A DNA stretch of 64,000 nucleotides, taken from positions 634-64,633 of the forward strand of contig JAFSWF010000028.1 of NCBI GenBank assembly GCA_017444615.1, written 5' to 3'. The notes below the pieces were generated by a model, which did no database searches, was not told where the DNA came from, and was given only the letters and a program-made list of their open reading frames with translations. A program made the translations under genes and the position numbers. The stretch is from Paludibacteraceae bacterium. GTDB lineage: Bacteria > Bacteroidota > Bacteroidia > Bacteroidales > Paludibacteraceae. This document shows positions 56,299 to 64,000 of the stretch, one piece after another. Every line of letters starts with the position of its first letter. Position 1 is the first letter of the stretch.

Positions 56299-56847
56299 AT
56301 GATTTATAAACTGACATTTTCGTGTGAAGAAGGCGATCCGAATTTCCGCCGAGTATTTGAGGCCGATGCGGACGCTACGTTCTTAGATTTGCACAATGCA
56401 ATTCTGAAATCCGTTGACTATCCGGATGATCAAATGACATCTTTCTTCCTTTGCAACGACGAGTGGGAGAAGGGTCAGGAAGTGACGCTGGTTGAGATGG
56501 ATTCGAGTTTTGAGTACGACAACATGGTGATGAATGAGACGCGTTTGAGTGACTTGCTGGAAGAACAAGGTCAACGGTTGATTTACATCTTCGATCCGAT
56601 GTTCGAGCGCTATTTCTTCGGTAGTCTGAAGGAGATTAAAGCGGGTTCGATGAACGGTGTGGAGTGTGTAGAAAGCCGTGGTAAAGCGCCGAAACAGCTA
56701 AAGAGCGAGGATCCGTTTGCCGGTTTAGGAGGCAAGGGCGGCGATGACTTCGAGTTCGACGATGAGTTTAAGGACGAGTTGGATCTGAACGACATCGACA
56801 TGGAAGGCTTCCAAGATTTGAGTTGGGAAGACGGAAGCATGTTTTAA
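56299..56847 (+). CDS. pRiA4b ORF-3-like family protein with acidic tail
   Basis: IYKLTFSCEEGDPNFRRVFEADADATFLDLHNAI resembles the PF07929-type N-terminal block, from memory. C-terminus is D/E/F rich. Confidence 0.45.
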   Translation: MIYKLTFSCEEGDPNFRRVFEADADATFLDLHNAILKSVDYPDDQMTSFFLCNDEWEKGQEVTLVEMDSSFEYDNMVMNETRLSDLLEEQGQRLIYIFDPMFERYFFGSLKEIKAGSMNGVECVESRGKAPKQLKSEDPFAGLGGKGGDDFEFDDEFKDELDLNDIDMEGFQDLSWEDGSMF

Positions 56848-56880
56848 TTGATAATTGATAATTGACAATTGATAATTAAC
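56846..56880. repeat. 7-nt-period array (AATTGAT x2, AATTGAC, AATTGAT, AATTAAC)
   Basis: Starts inside the TAA stop of the upstream gene and sits before miaA. Confidence 0.9.
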
Positions 56881-56891
56881 AAAGCGTTCTA

Positions 56892-57935
56892 GTGGCTTTC
56901 GTGCAAGGTTTGGAGTCTGTGCGGATTCAGCAAATTTGTACCAAGCCCAACAAACTTTTTGTGCATAGAACTTTATTGTTGATAGTAGGTCCGACGGGGG
57001 TTGGAAAGACGGAGTTGGCGTTGCGGGTAGCGGAACGGTATGGTAGTCCGATTGTGAATTGCGACAGCCGTCAGGTGTACCGTGAGATACCCATTGGCAC
57101 CGCAGCTCCTACGGCGGAGGAACTGGCTCGGGTTAAGCACTATTTCGTGGGTTGCAAAGAGTTGGAGGAAGACTACAATGCCGGTCAGTACGAACGCGAC
57201 GCGTTGGCGTTGTTAGACCAACTGTTTGAAGACCATGAGGTCGTGGTGATGAGTGGCGGTTCGATGCTGTATGCTGATGCCGTTTGTGACGGATTAGACG
57301 ATATTCCGAATGTGCCGGAGGACATTCGAAAGAAAGTAGCCTACCCTCGGTCCCTCCCAAGAGGGAGGGAAGAAAGTCGCGAAGAATGGCTGAGTTGGTT
57401 GCAGGCGGAGGTGCAACGATTAGATCCGGAGTATTGGAAGATCGTGGACCAACATAATCCTGCCCGCTTGGCGCATTGCGTAGAGTTGTGCTTGACGACA
57501 GGAAAGCCGTATTCATCGCTGCGTACAAAGGAATCAGGAATCAGGAGTCAGGAGTCAGGAGACCGGCCGTTTCGGATTATTAAGGTAGGTTTAGAGCGTC
57601 CGCGGGAAGAATTGTACGCACGAATCAACCGTCGTGTAGAACAGATGATTGCGGACGGGTTGGTGGAAGAGGCGAAACGGGTTTATCCAAAGCGAGCTTT
57701 GAATAGTTTACGAACGGTAGGTTACCGCGAACTATTTGCTTATTTCGATGGTGAGTACGATTTGGAGCGCGCCATTGAGTTGATTCAACAAAACACGCGT
57801 CACTATGCCAAGCGTCAGATAACCTGGTATCGACGCGACAAAGAGATACATTGGCTACAAGCCGAAAGAGATTATGAAACGAATATACGTATTATTGACC
57901 ATTTGCTTGGCGATGGTGGCGTGCAAGAAGAATGA
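56892..57935 (+). CDS. miaA: tRNA dimethylallyltransferase
   Basis: GPTGVGKT, DSRQVYREIPIGTAAP. Start uncertain (GTG 56892 or an internal GTG near 56962). One hairpin insert and one heptamer array lie in frame. 62-nt overlap with the next gene. Confidence 0.9.
   Translation: MAFVQGLESVRIQQICTKPNKLFVHRTLLLIVGPTGVGKTELALRVAERYGSPIVNCDSRQVYREIPIGTAAPTAEELARVKHYFVGCKELEEDYNAGQYERDALALLDQLFEDHEVVVMSGGSMLYADAVCDGLDDIPNVPEDIRKKVAYPRSLPRGREESREEWLSWLQAEVQRLDPEYWKIVDQHNPARLAHCVELCLTTGKPYSSLRTKESGIRSQESGDRPFRIIKVGLERPREELYARINRRVEQMIADGLVEEAKRVYPKRALNSLRTVGYRELFAYFDGEYDLERAIELIQQNTRHYAKRQITWYRRDKEIHWLQAERDYETNIRIIDHLLGDGGVQEE
57339..57372. repeat. GC-rich hairpin mini-element, in frame in miaA
   Basis: GCCTACCCTCGGTCCCTCCCAAGAGGGAGGGAAG. 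Perfect 8-bp stem TCCCTCCC/GGGAGGGA. Read as AYPRSLPRGREE. Confidence 0.8.
57530..57564. repeat. 7-nt-period array (GGAATCA x2, GGAGTCA x2, GGAGACC), in frame in miaA
   Basis: Encodes KESGIRSQESGD. Confidence 0.9.
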
Positions 57936-58905
57936 TGTGCAATTCACTTATTCTCCGGAAGCGCCTCGTGCAGGTCAAGCAGTAACATTTACCAACCAAT
58001 CCTCTTCGGGTCAAGACTGGGAGTGGTCGTTTGGGGATGGCGGTGTGTCCACCCTCAAATCGCCTACCCACACGTACCAGAAACCCGGTACGTATCGCGT
58101 ATTGCTGAAGGTGGATAAGAAAAACGCGTGGACGAAGACTACAGAGTTGACGGTTTATGACACGATACCTTCTTTCTCTGCCTCGGATAGCGTGTTCTAT
58201 GTGTTTACCGATTACACGTTCACGGCGCAGGTGTATAATCCCTATAATTTGGATGTCACGTACGAGTGGTCTTTGCCGTTGGAGGAGGAGTACGCTCAAG
58301 TGAGCGACACCACGTTGACGGGTTCGACGCTTCATTTATATTTTACGCGTTTCTTGGACGAGGTGCCTGTTATGCTACGCGTTGTGCTGAATGGCGACAC
58401 GACTGTTGTAAAGCAGTTCTTTGCGGTAAAAGACCAACCGACCCATTCGTTGTTGCTTCGCACGAACGAAGGTGATTGGCGGCAACGTATTTTCGGCAGT
58501 AGGGCAGAGAAGGCGAAGTTAGATGCGACGGCTACCGCCTTGCTGGATGCGGAGCAAGATACGTTTCAGGTGTATAATAGCGACACGTTCTATTTGAGTG
58601 ACATGCGGCTTCTTTTCCCCACTTTGCAGGGTTTTCATATCGCCAAGCGGAAGTTCTACTACCGCGACGAGGACGGCGTGTGGGTGGCGAACATTGATGG
58701 TTCGTATTTCGTGCCGATAGACACCACTCCTTGTACCGCTATGACGCTGGATATGACGGATAACCGCATTTACTGGGCGAACGAAAATGGTGTGTGGTAT
58801 ATGCCGTTTGTAGGGTCCGATAATAATCAATTTATAACCATTCCGACACAATTAAATGATTTCAGCGGCGTGCTCCGTTTGTCCGCTGATAGTGAGAAGA
58901 GATGA
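57874..58905 (+). CDS. PKD domain lipoprotein
   Basis: Lipobox LAMVAC. PKD block VTFTNQSSSGQDWEWSFGDGGVSTLKSPTHTYQKPGTYRVLLKV. Confidence 0.8.
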   Translation: MKRIYVLLTICLAMVACKKNDVQFTYSPEAPRAGQAVTFTNQSSSGQDWEWSFGDGGVSTLKSPTHTYQKPGTYRVLLKVDKKNAWTKTTELTVYDTIPSFSASDSVFYVFTDYTFTAQVYNPYNLDVTYEWSLPLEEEYAQVSDTTLTGSTLHLYFTRFLDEVPVMLRVVLNGDTTVVKQFFAVKDQPTHSLLLRTNEGDWRQRIFGSRAEKAKLDATATALLDAEQDTFQVYNSDTFYLSDMRLLFPTLQGFHIAKRKFYYRDEDGVWVANIDGSYFVPIDTTPCTAMTLDMTDNRIYWANENGVWYMPFVGSDNNQFITIPTQLNDFSGVLRLSADSEKR

Positions 58906-60425
58906 ATAAACCCGATGTGATTTTTGAGACCTCGTGGGAGGTCTGTAACCGCGTAGGCGGAATCTATGCAGTATTGAGTACTCGTGCGGCTTCGATGCAA
59001 GCCGAGCACCCCGATAAGGTGTTTTTCTTTGGACCGGATTTTGGTGCGCATAGCGATATTTATTTTCAAGAGGACAAGAGTCTGCTGAAAGATTGGTTAT
59101 TGGTAATTGGTCATTGGTCATTGAAGATTCCTGTGCGTGTGGGTCGATGGAATGTGCCGGGGAACCCGATTGCTATCTTGCTGAAGTTCGATGCGTTATG
59201 GCCGAAGAAGGATGCTATTTATGCGTGGGCCTGGGAGAAATTTCAGGTTCAGAGCCACGCGGCTTATGGCGATTATGACGAGTCGTGTTTGTTTGGCTAC
59301 GCGGCAGGAATGGTGATGGAGAGCCTTTATAATTGGTTATTGGTGACAGGTGATAAGTTAAAGGTTTGTGCGCATGCTAATGAGTGGCAGACGGCGTTTT
59401 CGATATTCTACTTGCAAGACCACTGTCCGGCGATTGCAACGCTGTTTACCACTCACGCCACCGGAATTGGTCGTTCGATAGCCGGCAACGGTAAGCCGCT
59501 TTACGATTATTTCGAGGGGTATAACGGTGACCAGATGGCGGCGGAGTTGAATATGGTCAGCAAGCACTCAGTGGAGAAACAAGCGGCACACCATGCAGAT
59601 TGCTTTACGACCGTCAGTTATATCACCGCCCGTGAGTGTAAGCAGTTATTGGACAAAGAGGTAGATATCGAGACGCCGAACGGCTTTGAGCCTACTTTTG
59701 TGCCGAAGGGGAAGGCGTTTGACAAGCGTCGCGACGAAGCGCGAGAGTTATTGCGAAAGGTAGCGGGCGAGCAGTTAGGCGGAGTGGTACCTAAGAACGC
59801 GTTGCTGCTTTGTATCTCCGGTAGGCAGGAGTGGAAGAACAAAGGTATAGACATCTTTGCCTCGGCGATGGATAAGTTGGCACAGAAGATTTACCATAGC
59901 GGCCAGCCGGAAAAGGAGGTCGTGGCGTTTGTGATGATTCCTTATTTGGACCGTGCGCCGATGCGAATTGGCAAAGTGAGTGTGGTTTATGTGCCGTATT
60001 ACTTGGACGGTCAAGATCCGCTTTTTGGTAAGAGTTACTATGACCTGCTGATCGGCATGGATATAACGGTTTTCCCGAGTTACTATGAGCCTTGGGGTTA
60101 TACGCCGTTAGAGTCGTGTGCTTTCCATGTGCCGACTATCACCACTTCTTTGGCGGGCTTTGGCGAATGGGCGGCTCGGCAGAAAGAGCAAGGAGGCGTG
60201 GTAGTGGTTGAGCGTACGGACTCTAATTTCGACCAAGTGGCCGAACAAGTGGCGGAGGCGTTATTGCGTTTTGACCGATTGAGCGGTGAAGAGAAAGCGC
60301 AGGCACGTGAACAGGCCGCAGCGTTGGCTAAGAAAGCCGATTGGAAGCATTTCTTCCAATACTACCGCAAGGCCTATGACATTGCGCTGAAGAAAGCGAA
60401 GGTGAGGGTAAAGAGTAATGGGTAA
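58902..60425 (+). CDS. glycogen synthase-like glycosyltransferase (GT3-type)
   Basis: FETSWEVCNRVGGIYAVL N-terminal signature. In-frame LLVIGHWSL array. The stop codon lies inside a heptamer array. ATGA overlap with the upstream gene. Confidence 0.7.
   Translation: MNKPDVIFETSWEVCNRVGGIYAVLSTRAASMQAEHPDKVFFFGPDFGAHSDIYFQEDKSLLKDWLLVIGHWSLKIPVRVGRWNVPGNPIAILLKFDALWPKKDAIYAWAWEKFQVQSHAAYGDYDESCLFGYAAGMVMESLYNWLLVTGDKLKVCAHANEWQTAFSIFYLQDHCPAIATLFTTHATGIGRSIAGNGKPLYDYFEGYNGDQMAAELNMVSKHSVEKQAAHHADCFTTVSYITARECKQLLDKEVDIETPNGFEPTFVPKGKAFDKRRDEARELLRKVAGEQLGGVVPKNALLLCISGRQEWKNKGIDIFASAMDKLAQKIYHSGQPEKEVVAFVMIPYLDRAPMRIGKVSVVYVPYYLDGQDPLFGKSYYDLLIGMDITVFPSYYEPWGYTPLESCAFHVPTITTSLAGFGEWAARQKEQGGVVVVERTDSNFDQVAEQVAEALLRFDRLSGEEKAQAREQAAALAKKADWKHFFQYYRKAYDIALKKAKVRVKSNG
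59092..59126. repeat. 7-nt-period array (ATTGGTT ATTGGTA ATTGGTC x2 ATTGAAG), in frame in the glycogen synthase-like gene
   Basis: Encodes DWLLVIGHWSLK. A shorter relative lies at about 59331-59352. Confidence 0.9.
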
Positions 60426-60442
60426 TTGGTAAAGAGTAAAAA
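60408..60442. repeat. 7-nt-period array (GTAAAGA GTAATGG GTAATTG GTAAAGA GTAAAAA) spanning a stop codon
   Basis: Encodes the last residues (VKSNG) and the TAA stop (60423-60425) of the upstream gene. Ends 1 nt before the next ATG. Confidence 0.9.
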
Positions 60443-60443
60443 T

Positions 60444-62138
60444 ATGAGAAAGATTTTGTTAGTTGGATTGATGGCGGTATGTGTGATGCCTGTTTGGTGT
60501 TGCACGAATTTCATCGTAGGTAAGAACGCTTCGGCGGATGGTAGTACGATCATCTCTTATGCAGCGGACTCGTACGGTATGTATGGTTTTTTGCATTTCT
60601 CGCCGGCGGCGGATTGGCCTGATGGTAGTGTGCGCGAGGTGTTCGATTGGGACACCGGTCGTCCGTTGGGTTCTATTCCCCAAGTGGCACACACCTACAA
60701 AGTGGTGGGTAATACGAACGAACACCAAGTGACGATTGGCGAGACCACATGGGGTGGACGAGAAGCGTTATGGGACACCGTAGGTATTGATTACGGAAGC
60801 CTCATTTATATTGCGTTGGAACGCAGTAAGACTGCCCGTGAAGCTATCGAATGTATGATTTCACTGGTGAATGAGTTTGGCTACGCCTCCGAAGGCGAGT
60901 CGTTCTCTATCGGTGACCCTAACGAGGTGTGGGTCATGGACTTAATCGGTAAAGGGGCAGGACAGAAAGGCGCTAACTGGGTAGCCGTTCGTATTCCTGA
61001 CGAGGCTATTTGCGGTCATGCTAACCAAGCCCGTATCACCCAGTTACCGCAGGGCAAAGCCAAACTGACCAAAGAGCAGAAACGGTTGCAGAAAAAGTTG
61101 AACTGCGTTTGTCACGGCGACTGGCTATGGGACAAGAACCTGATTGCTGCGGCGCGAGAGAAGGGTTATTTCTCCGGCAAAGACGCGGATTTCAATTTTC
61201 AGGCAGCCTTTAATCCCTTTGATTTTACGGGTTTGTATGTGTGCGAGGCGCGTGTGTGGTCATTCTTCCGCCATTTCTCCTCGGAGATGGAGCCGTATTT
61301 CGATTATGCCACAGGCGCTACGTACTTGGCCACCGGTGGTAAAGACGCCGGAACGCCGATGCCGTTGTGGATCATCCCTGAGCGCAAAGTGAGTGTGCAA
61401 GATATCAAGGAATGTATGCGGGATGAGTACCAAGGTACGCCGCTGGACATCACCCAAGGCACCGATGCGGGTCCGTGGAACAGTAAGTTACGTTTTGGTA
61501 GCTTAGGATTTAAGTTGAAAGATACGGAAGATACGACGAAGACGACGCAGTACTGGTACGAGCGTCCGACGGCTACGCAGCAGACGGCTTGGTCGTTTGT
61601 GTCACAAATGCGAAACGGTAAGCGTGGCGTGTTCTGGTTTGGCGTGGACGACGCGGCATGTAGCTGCTATGTGCCCATGTACAGTTGTATCAACCATGTG
61701 CCGGAGTGTTTTGCCGAAGGCAATGGAGACAGTTATACGTTCTCCCCTACCAGTGCATGGTGGACGTTCAATATCGTTGCCAACTGGGCTTATACCAAGT
61801 ACAGCCGTATGTACCCGCATATCCGCGAAATGCAATCTATCTGGGACGATAAGTTCAACGCCCAGCAAGCGGGTGTGGACGAACAAGCGGCGGGTCTGAG
61901 CGAAGAAGAGGCGTGTGCGTTCCTTACTTCGTACTCCTGCGCGCAAGCGGAGAACGTGGTGGCCGATTGGCAACGGTTGGGTATTTATCTGATGACGAAG
62001 TTCTTAGACGGTCAGGAACGCAAAGAGGAGAACGGTCAGTTCAAACGTAATCCGTACGGGCATAGTTGTGGTCCGAACCGTTTGCCAATGCCGGAGAAGT
62101 TCCTCCGCTTAGTGGCTGATGAAGTAATACATGAGTGA
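60444..62138 (+). CDS. C69 family dipeptidase
   Basis: Signal peptide ending at nucleophile Cys (WCCTNFIVGKNASADGST). Start ATG 60444 (track 60426 begins in repeat DNA). Confidence 0.85.
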   Translation: MRKILLVGLMAVCVMPVWCCTNFIVGKNASADGSTIISYAADSYGMYGFLHFSPAADWPDGSVREVFDWDTGRPLGSIPQVAHTYKVVGNTNEHQVTIGETTWGGREALWDTVGIDYGSLIYIALERSKTAREAIECMISLVNEFGYASEGESFSIGDPNEVWVMDLIGKGAGQKGANWVAVRIPDEAICGHANQARITQLPQGKAKLTKEQKRLQKKLNCVCHGDWLWDKNLIAAAREKGYFSGKDADFNFQAAFNPFDFTGLYVCEARVWSFFRHFSSEMEPYFDYATGATYLATGGKDAGTPMPLWIIPERKVSVQDIKECMRDEYQGTPLDITQGTDAGPWNSKLRFGSLGFKLKDTEDTTKTTQYWYERPTATQQTAWSFVSQMRNGKRGVFWFGVDDAACSCYVPMYSCINHVPECFAEGNGDSYTFSPTSAWWTFNIVANWAYTKYSRMYPHIREMQSIWDDKFNAQQAGVDEQAAGLSEEEACAFLTSYSCAQAENVVADWQRLGIYLMTKFLDGQERKEENGQFKRNPYGHSCGPNRLPMPEKFLRLVADEVIHE

Positions 62139-62164
62139 GAGTTGAGAGATAAGAGTTTAGAGAT

Positions 62165-64000
62165 ATGAAACATTTTACAGAATACAAACGTTTAGATTTG
62201 CCTGCGTTGAGCCGCGAGGTGTTGGCGCAATGGGAGCAAGAAGGATTATTTGAGAAGAGTGTGAGCACCCGCGAGGGACATCCGCAGTTTTTGTTCTTCG
62301 AAGGACCGCCTTCGGCGAATGGTATGCCGGGTATTCACCATGTGATGGCGCGTACTATCAAAGATACGTTCTGCCGGTTCAAAACTATGCAAGGGTATCA
62401 GGTTCGCCGCAAAGCCGGTTGGGACACCCATGGTCTGCCGGTGGAGTTAGGTGTGGAGAAAATGCTTGGTATCACCAAAGAGGACATCGGTAAGAAAATA
62501 TCCGTTGACGAGTACAACGCTGCTTGCCGCCGTGAGGTGATGAAATACACCAAAGAGTGGACCAACCTGACCAAACAAATGGGGTATTGGGTGGATCTGG
62601 ATGATCCGTATATTACGTACGATAATAAATATATCGAGACGCTTTGGTACTTGCTCAAGGAGCTCTATAAGAAAGGCTACTTGTATAAAGGTTACACTAT
62701 TCAGCCCTATTCGCCTGCCGCAGGAACGGGATTGAGTTCGCACGAACTCAATCAACCTGGTTGCTACCGTGACGTGAAGGATCTCACTTGTACGGCCCGC
62801 TTTAGAGTCAAGTCCAATGACCAACGACTATCGACCAACGCCCCTACTTACATCATCGCTTGGACGACGACGCCGTGGACATTACCGTCTAATACGGCAC
62901 TTTGTGTGGGTCCGAAGATTGATTACGTGGAGGTAGAGGCACCGAATGGTGACCATGTTATTTTGGCGGAGGCGCGTTTGGAGGCGTATAAGAAAGAGCT
63001 GTGTGCCGAAGGGGAAGAACCGAAAATTGTGGCCCGTTACAAAGGGTCTGATTTGGTAGGTTTGGAGTACGAACCGCTTTTCCCGTGGGTTAAACTGGAG
63101 AACGCTTTCCGCGTCATCCCCGGAGACTACGTAACGACTGAAGATGGTACCGGTATCGTACATATCGCACCTACTTTCGGAGCCGACGACAAGAAAGTGG
63201 CAGACGCGGCCGGTGTGCCAGGGCTCTATTTCCAAACCAAGAACAACGGTCCTCGTCCGATGGTGGATTTTACCGGTAAGTACTGGAAAGTGGAGGACCT
63301 CGATGAAGCGTGGGTAAAAGAGAACCTGAATGTGGAGTTATACGGCAAGTACGCCGGTCGCTTCGTCAAGAACGCATATGACCCGAATTTGACGGAGAAA
63401 GATGAGAGTTTGGACTTGCATTTATGCCTCGAGATGAAAGCCGATGGTCGTCTGCTTAAGACCGAGAAACATGTTCACTCGTACCCGCATTGTTGGCGAA
63501 CCGACAAGCCTGTCTTGTATTATCCGTTGGACTCTTGGTTCATCCAATCGACGAAGGCGCGCGAGGAGATGATTGCGCTCAATCAGACGATTAACTGGCA
63601 ACCCGAAAGCACCGGTACCGGTCGTTTTGGTCAGTGGCTGAACAACCTCAACGATTGGAACCTCAGCCGTTCGCGTTACTGGGGAACACCGTTGCCTATC
63701 TGGCGTACGGAAGACGGAAGCGAAGAGATTTGTATCGGTTCCATTGCAGAATTATTCGATGAAATCGACAAATCTGTGCAGGCAGGCTTCATGCAAGCCA
63801 ACCCGTGGCCGAAGCATAAAGTGGGTGATTATAGCAAAGCCAACTATGATCCTTCCGTCATCGATCTGCACCGTCCGTATGTGGATGGTATTATCCTTGT
63901 TTCGCCAAGCGGCAAACCGATGAAACGCGAACTGGACCTTATCGACGTGTGGTTCGATTCGGGTGCGATGCCTTATGCGCAGAATCACTACCCCTTCGAG
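62165..64000 (+). CDS. ileS: isoleucine--tRNA ligase (3' end outside window)
   Basis: Not in the ORF track because it runs off the window. Hand translation from ATG 62165 gives MKHFTEYKRLDLPALSREVLAQWEQEGLFEKS...PSANGMPGIHH...WTTTPWTLPSN...WFDSGAMPYAQ, with no stop through 64000. In-frame SNDQRLSTN array. Confidence 0.95.
   Translation, partial: MKHFTEYKRLDLPALSREVLAQWEQEGLFEKSVSTREGHPQFLFFEGPPSANGMPGIHHVMARTIKDTFCRFKTMQGYQVRRKAGWDTHGLPVELGVEKMLGITKEDIGKKISVDEYNAACRREVMKYTKEWTNLTKQMGYWVDLDDPYITYDNKYIETLWYLLKELYKKGYLYKGYTIQPYSPAAGTGLSSHELNQPGCYRDVKDLTCTARFRVKSNDQRLSTNAPTYIIAWTTTPWTLPSNTALCVGPKIDYVEVEAPNGDHVILAEARLEAYKKELCAEGEEPKIVARYKGSDLVGLEYEPLFPWVKLENAFRVIPGDYVTTEDGTGIVHIAPTFGADDKKVADAAGVPGLYFQTKNNGPRPMVDFTGKYWKVEDLDEAWVKENLNVELYGKYAGRFVKNAYDPNLTEKDESLDLHLCLEMKADGRLLKTEKHVHSYPHCWRTDKPVLYYPLDSWFIQSTKAREEMIALNQTINWQPESTGTGRFGQWLNNLNDWNLSRSRYWGTPLPIWRTEDGSEEICIGSIAELFDEIDKSVQAGFMQANPWPKHKVGDYSKANYDPSVIDLHRPYVDGIILVSPSGKPMKRELDLIDVWFDSGAMPYAQNHYPFE
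62814..62841. repeat. 7-nt-period array (CCAATGA CCAACGA CTATCGA CCAACGC), in frame in ileS
   Basis: Encodes SNDQRLSTN. Same unit family as the murF array in the opposite genomic orientation. Confidence 0.8.

Noticed and set aside
57874-57935. 62-nt miaA/PKD-lipoprotein overlap as evidence of a frameshift or pseudogene
   Set aside because: Both reading frames are intact. miaA contains all its conserved blocks upstream of the overlap, and the lipoprotein starts with a textbook lipobox signal peptide. The overlap is more simply a slightly extended miaA C-terminus.

Overview
This 64-kb window reads as core chromosome of a Bacteroidota (Bacteroidales-like) bacterium at roughly 50% GC. I call 57 protein genes, one candidate micro-ORF and three tRNA genes (Arg-CCG, initiator Met-CAT, Cys-GCA). 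I found no transposase, integrase, phage or CRISPR content. The genes are almost all housekeeping: envelope biogenesis (uppS-bamA-ompH-ompH, lpxD-lpxC-lpxA, murF, ddl, murI), translation (ileS partial, cysS, glnS, rplS, rpsO, miaA, cca, rnz, rlmI), DNA metabolism (dnaN, uvrB, radA, recO, parE), Fe-S assembly (sufB, mrp) and pgk. Fifteen promoters fit the Bacteroides TTTG-N20-TAnnTTTG consensus, every one with a 20-nt spacer. The unusual content is two classes of tiny repeat DNA, not a gene cluster. (i) More than 30 short imperfect tandem arrays, mostly of 7-nt period, exactly fill many stop-to-start spacers. They are also read through in frame inside at least 12 conserved genes. (ii) A family of ~34-nt GC-rich hairpin elements (GCCTAMC...CCCTCC-loop-GGGAGG) is read through in frame in murI, glnS, cysS (twice), miaA and an HsdR_N-like gene. 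Secondary observations are listed below. Two tRNAs have non-canonical but covarying tertiary positions. A tRNA-Cys sits in the leader of an orphan sufB. A DUF3127 protein with an SSB-like tail is translationally coupled to recO. lpxC lacks a fabZ fusion. Two intergenic regions carry 11-bp-phased tandem arrays. All functional calls rest on motifs read from the translations. No database search was run.
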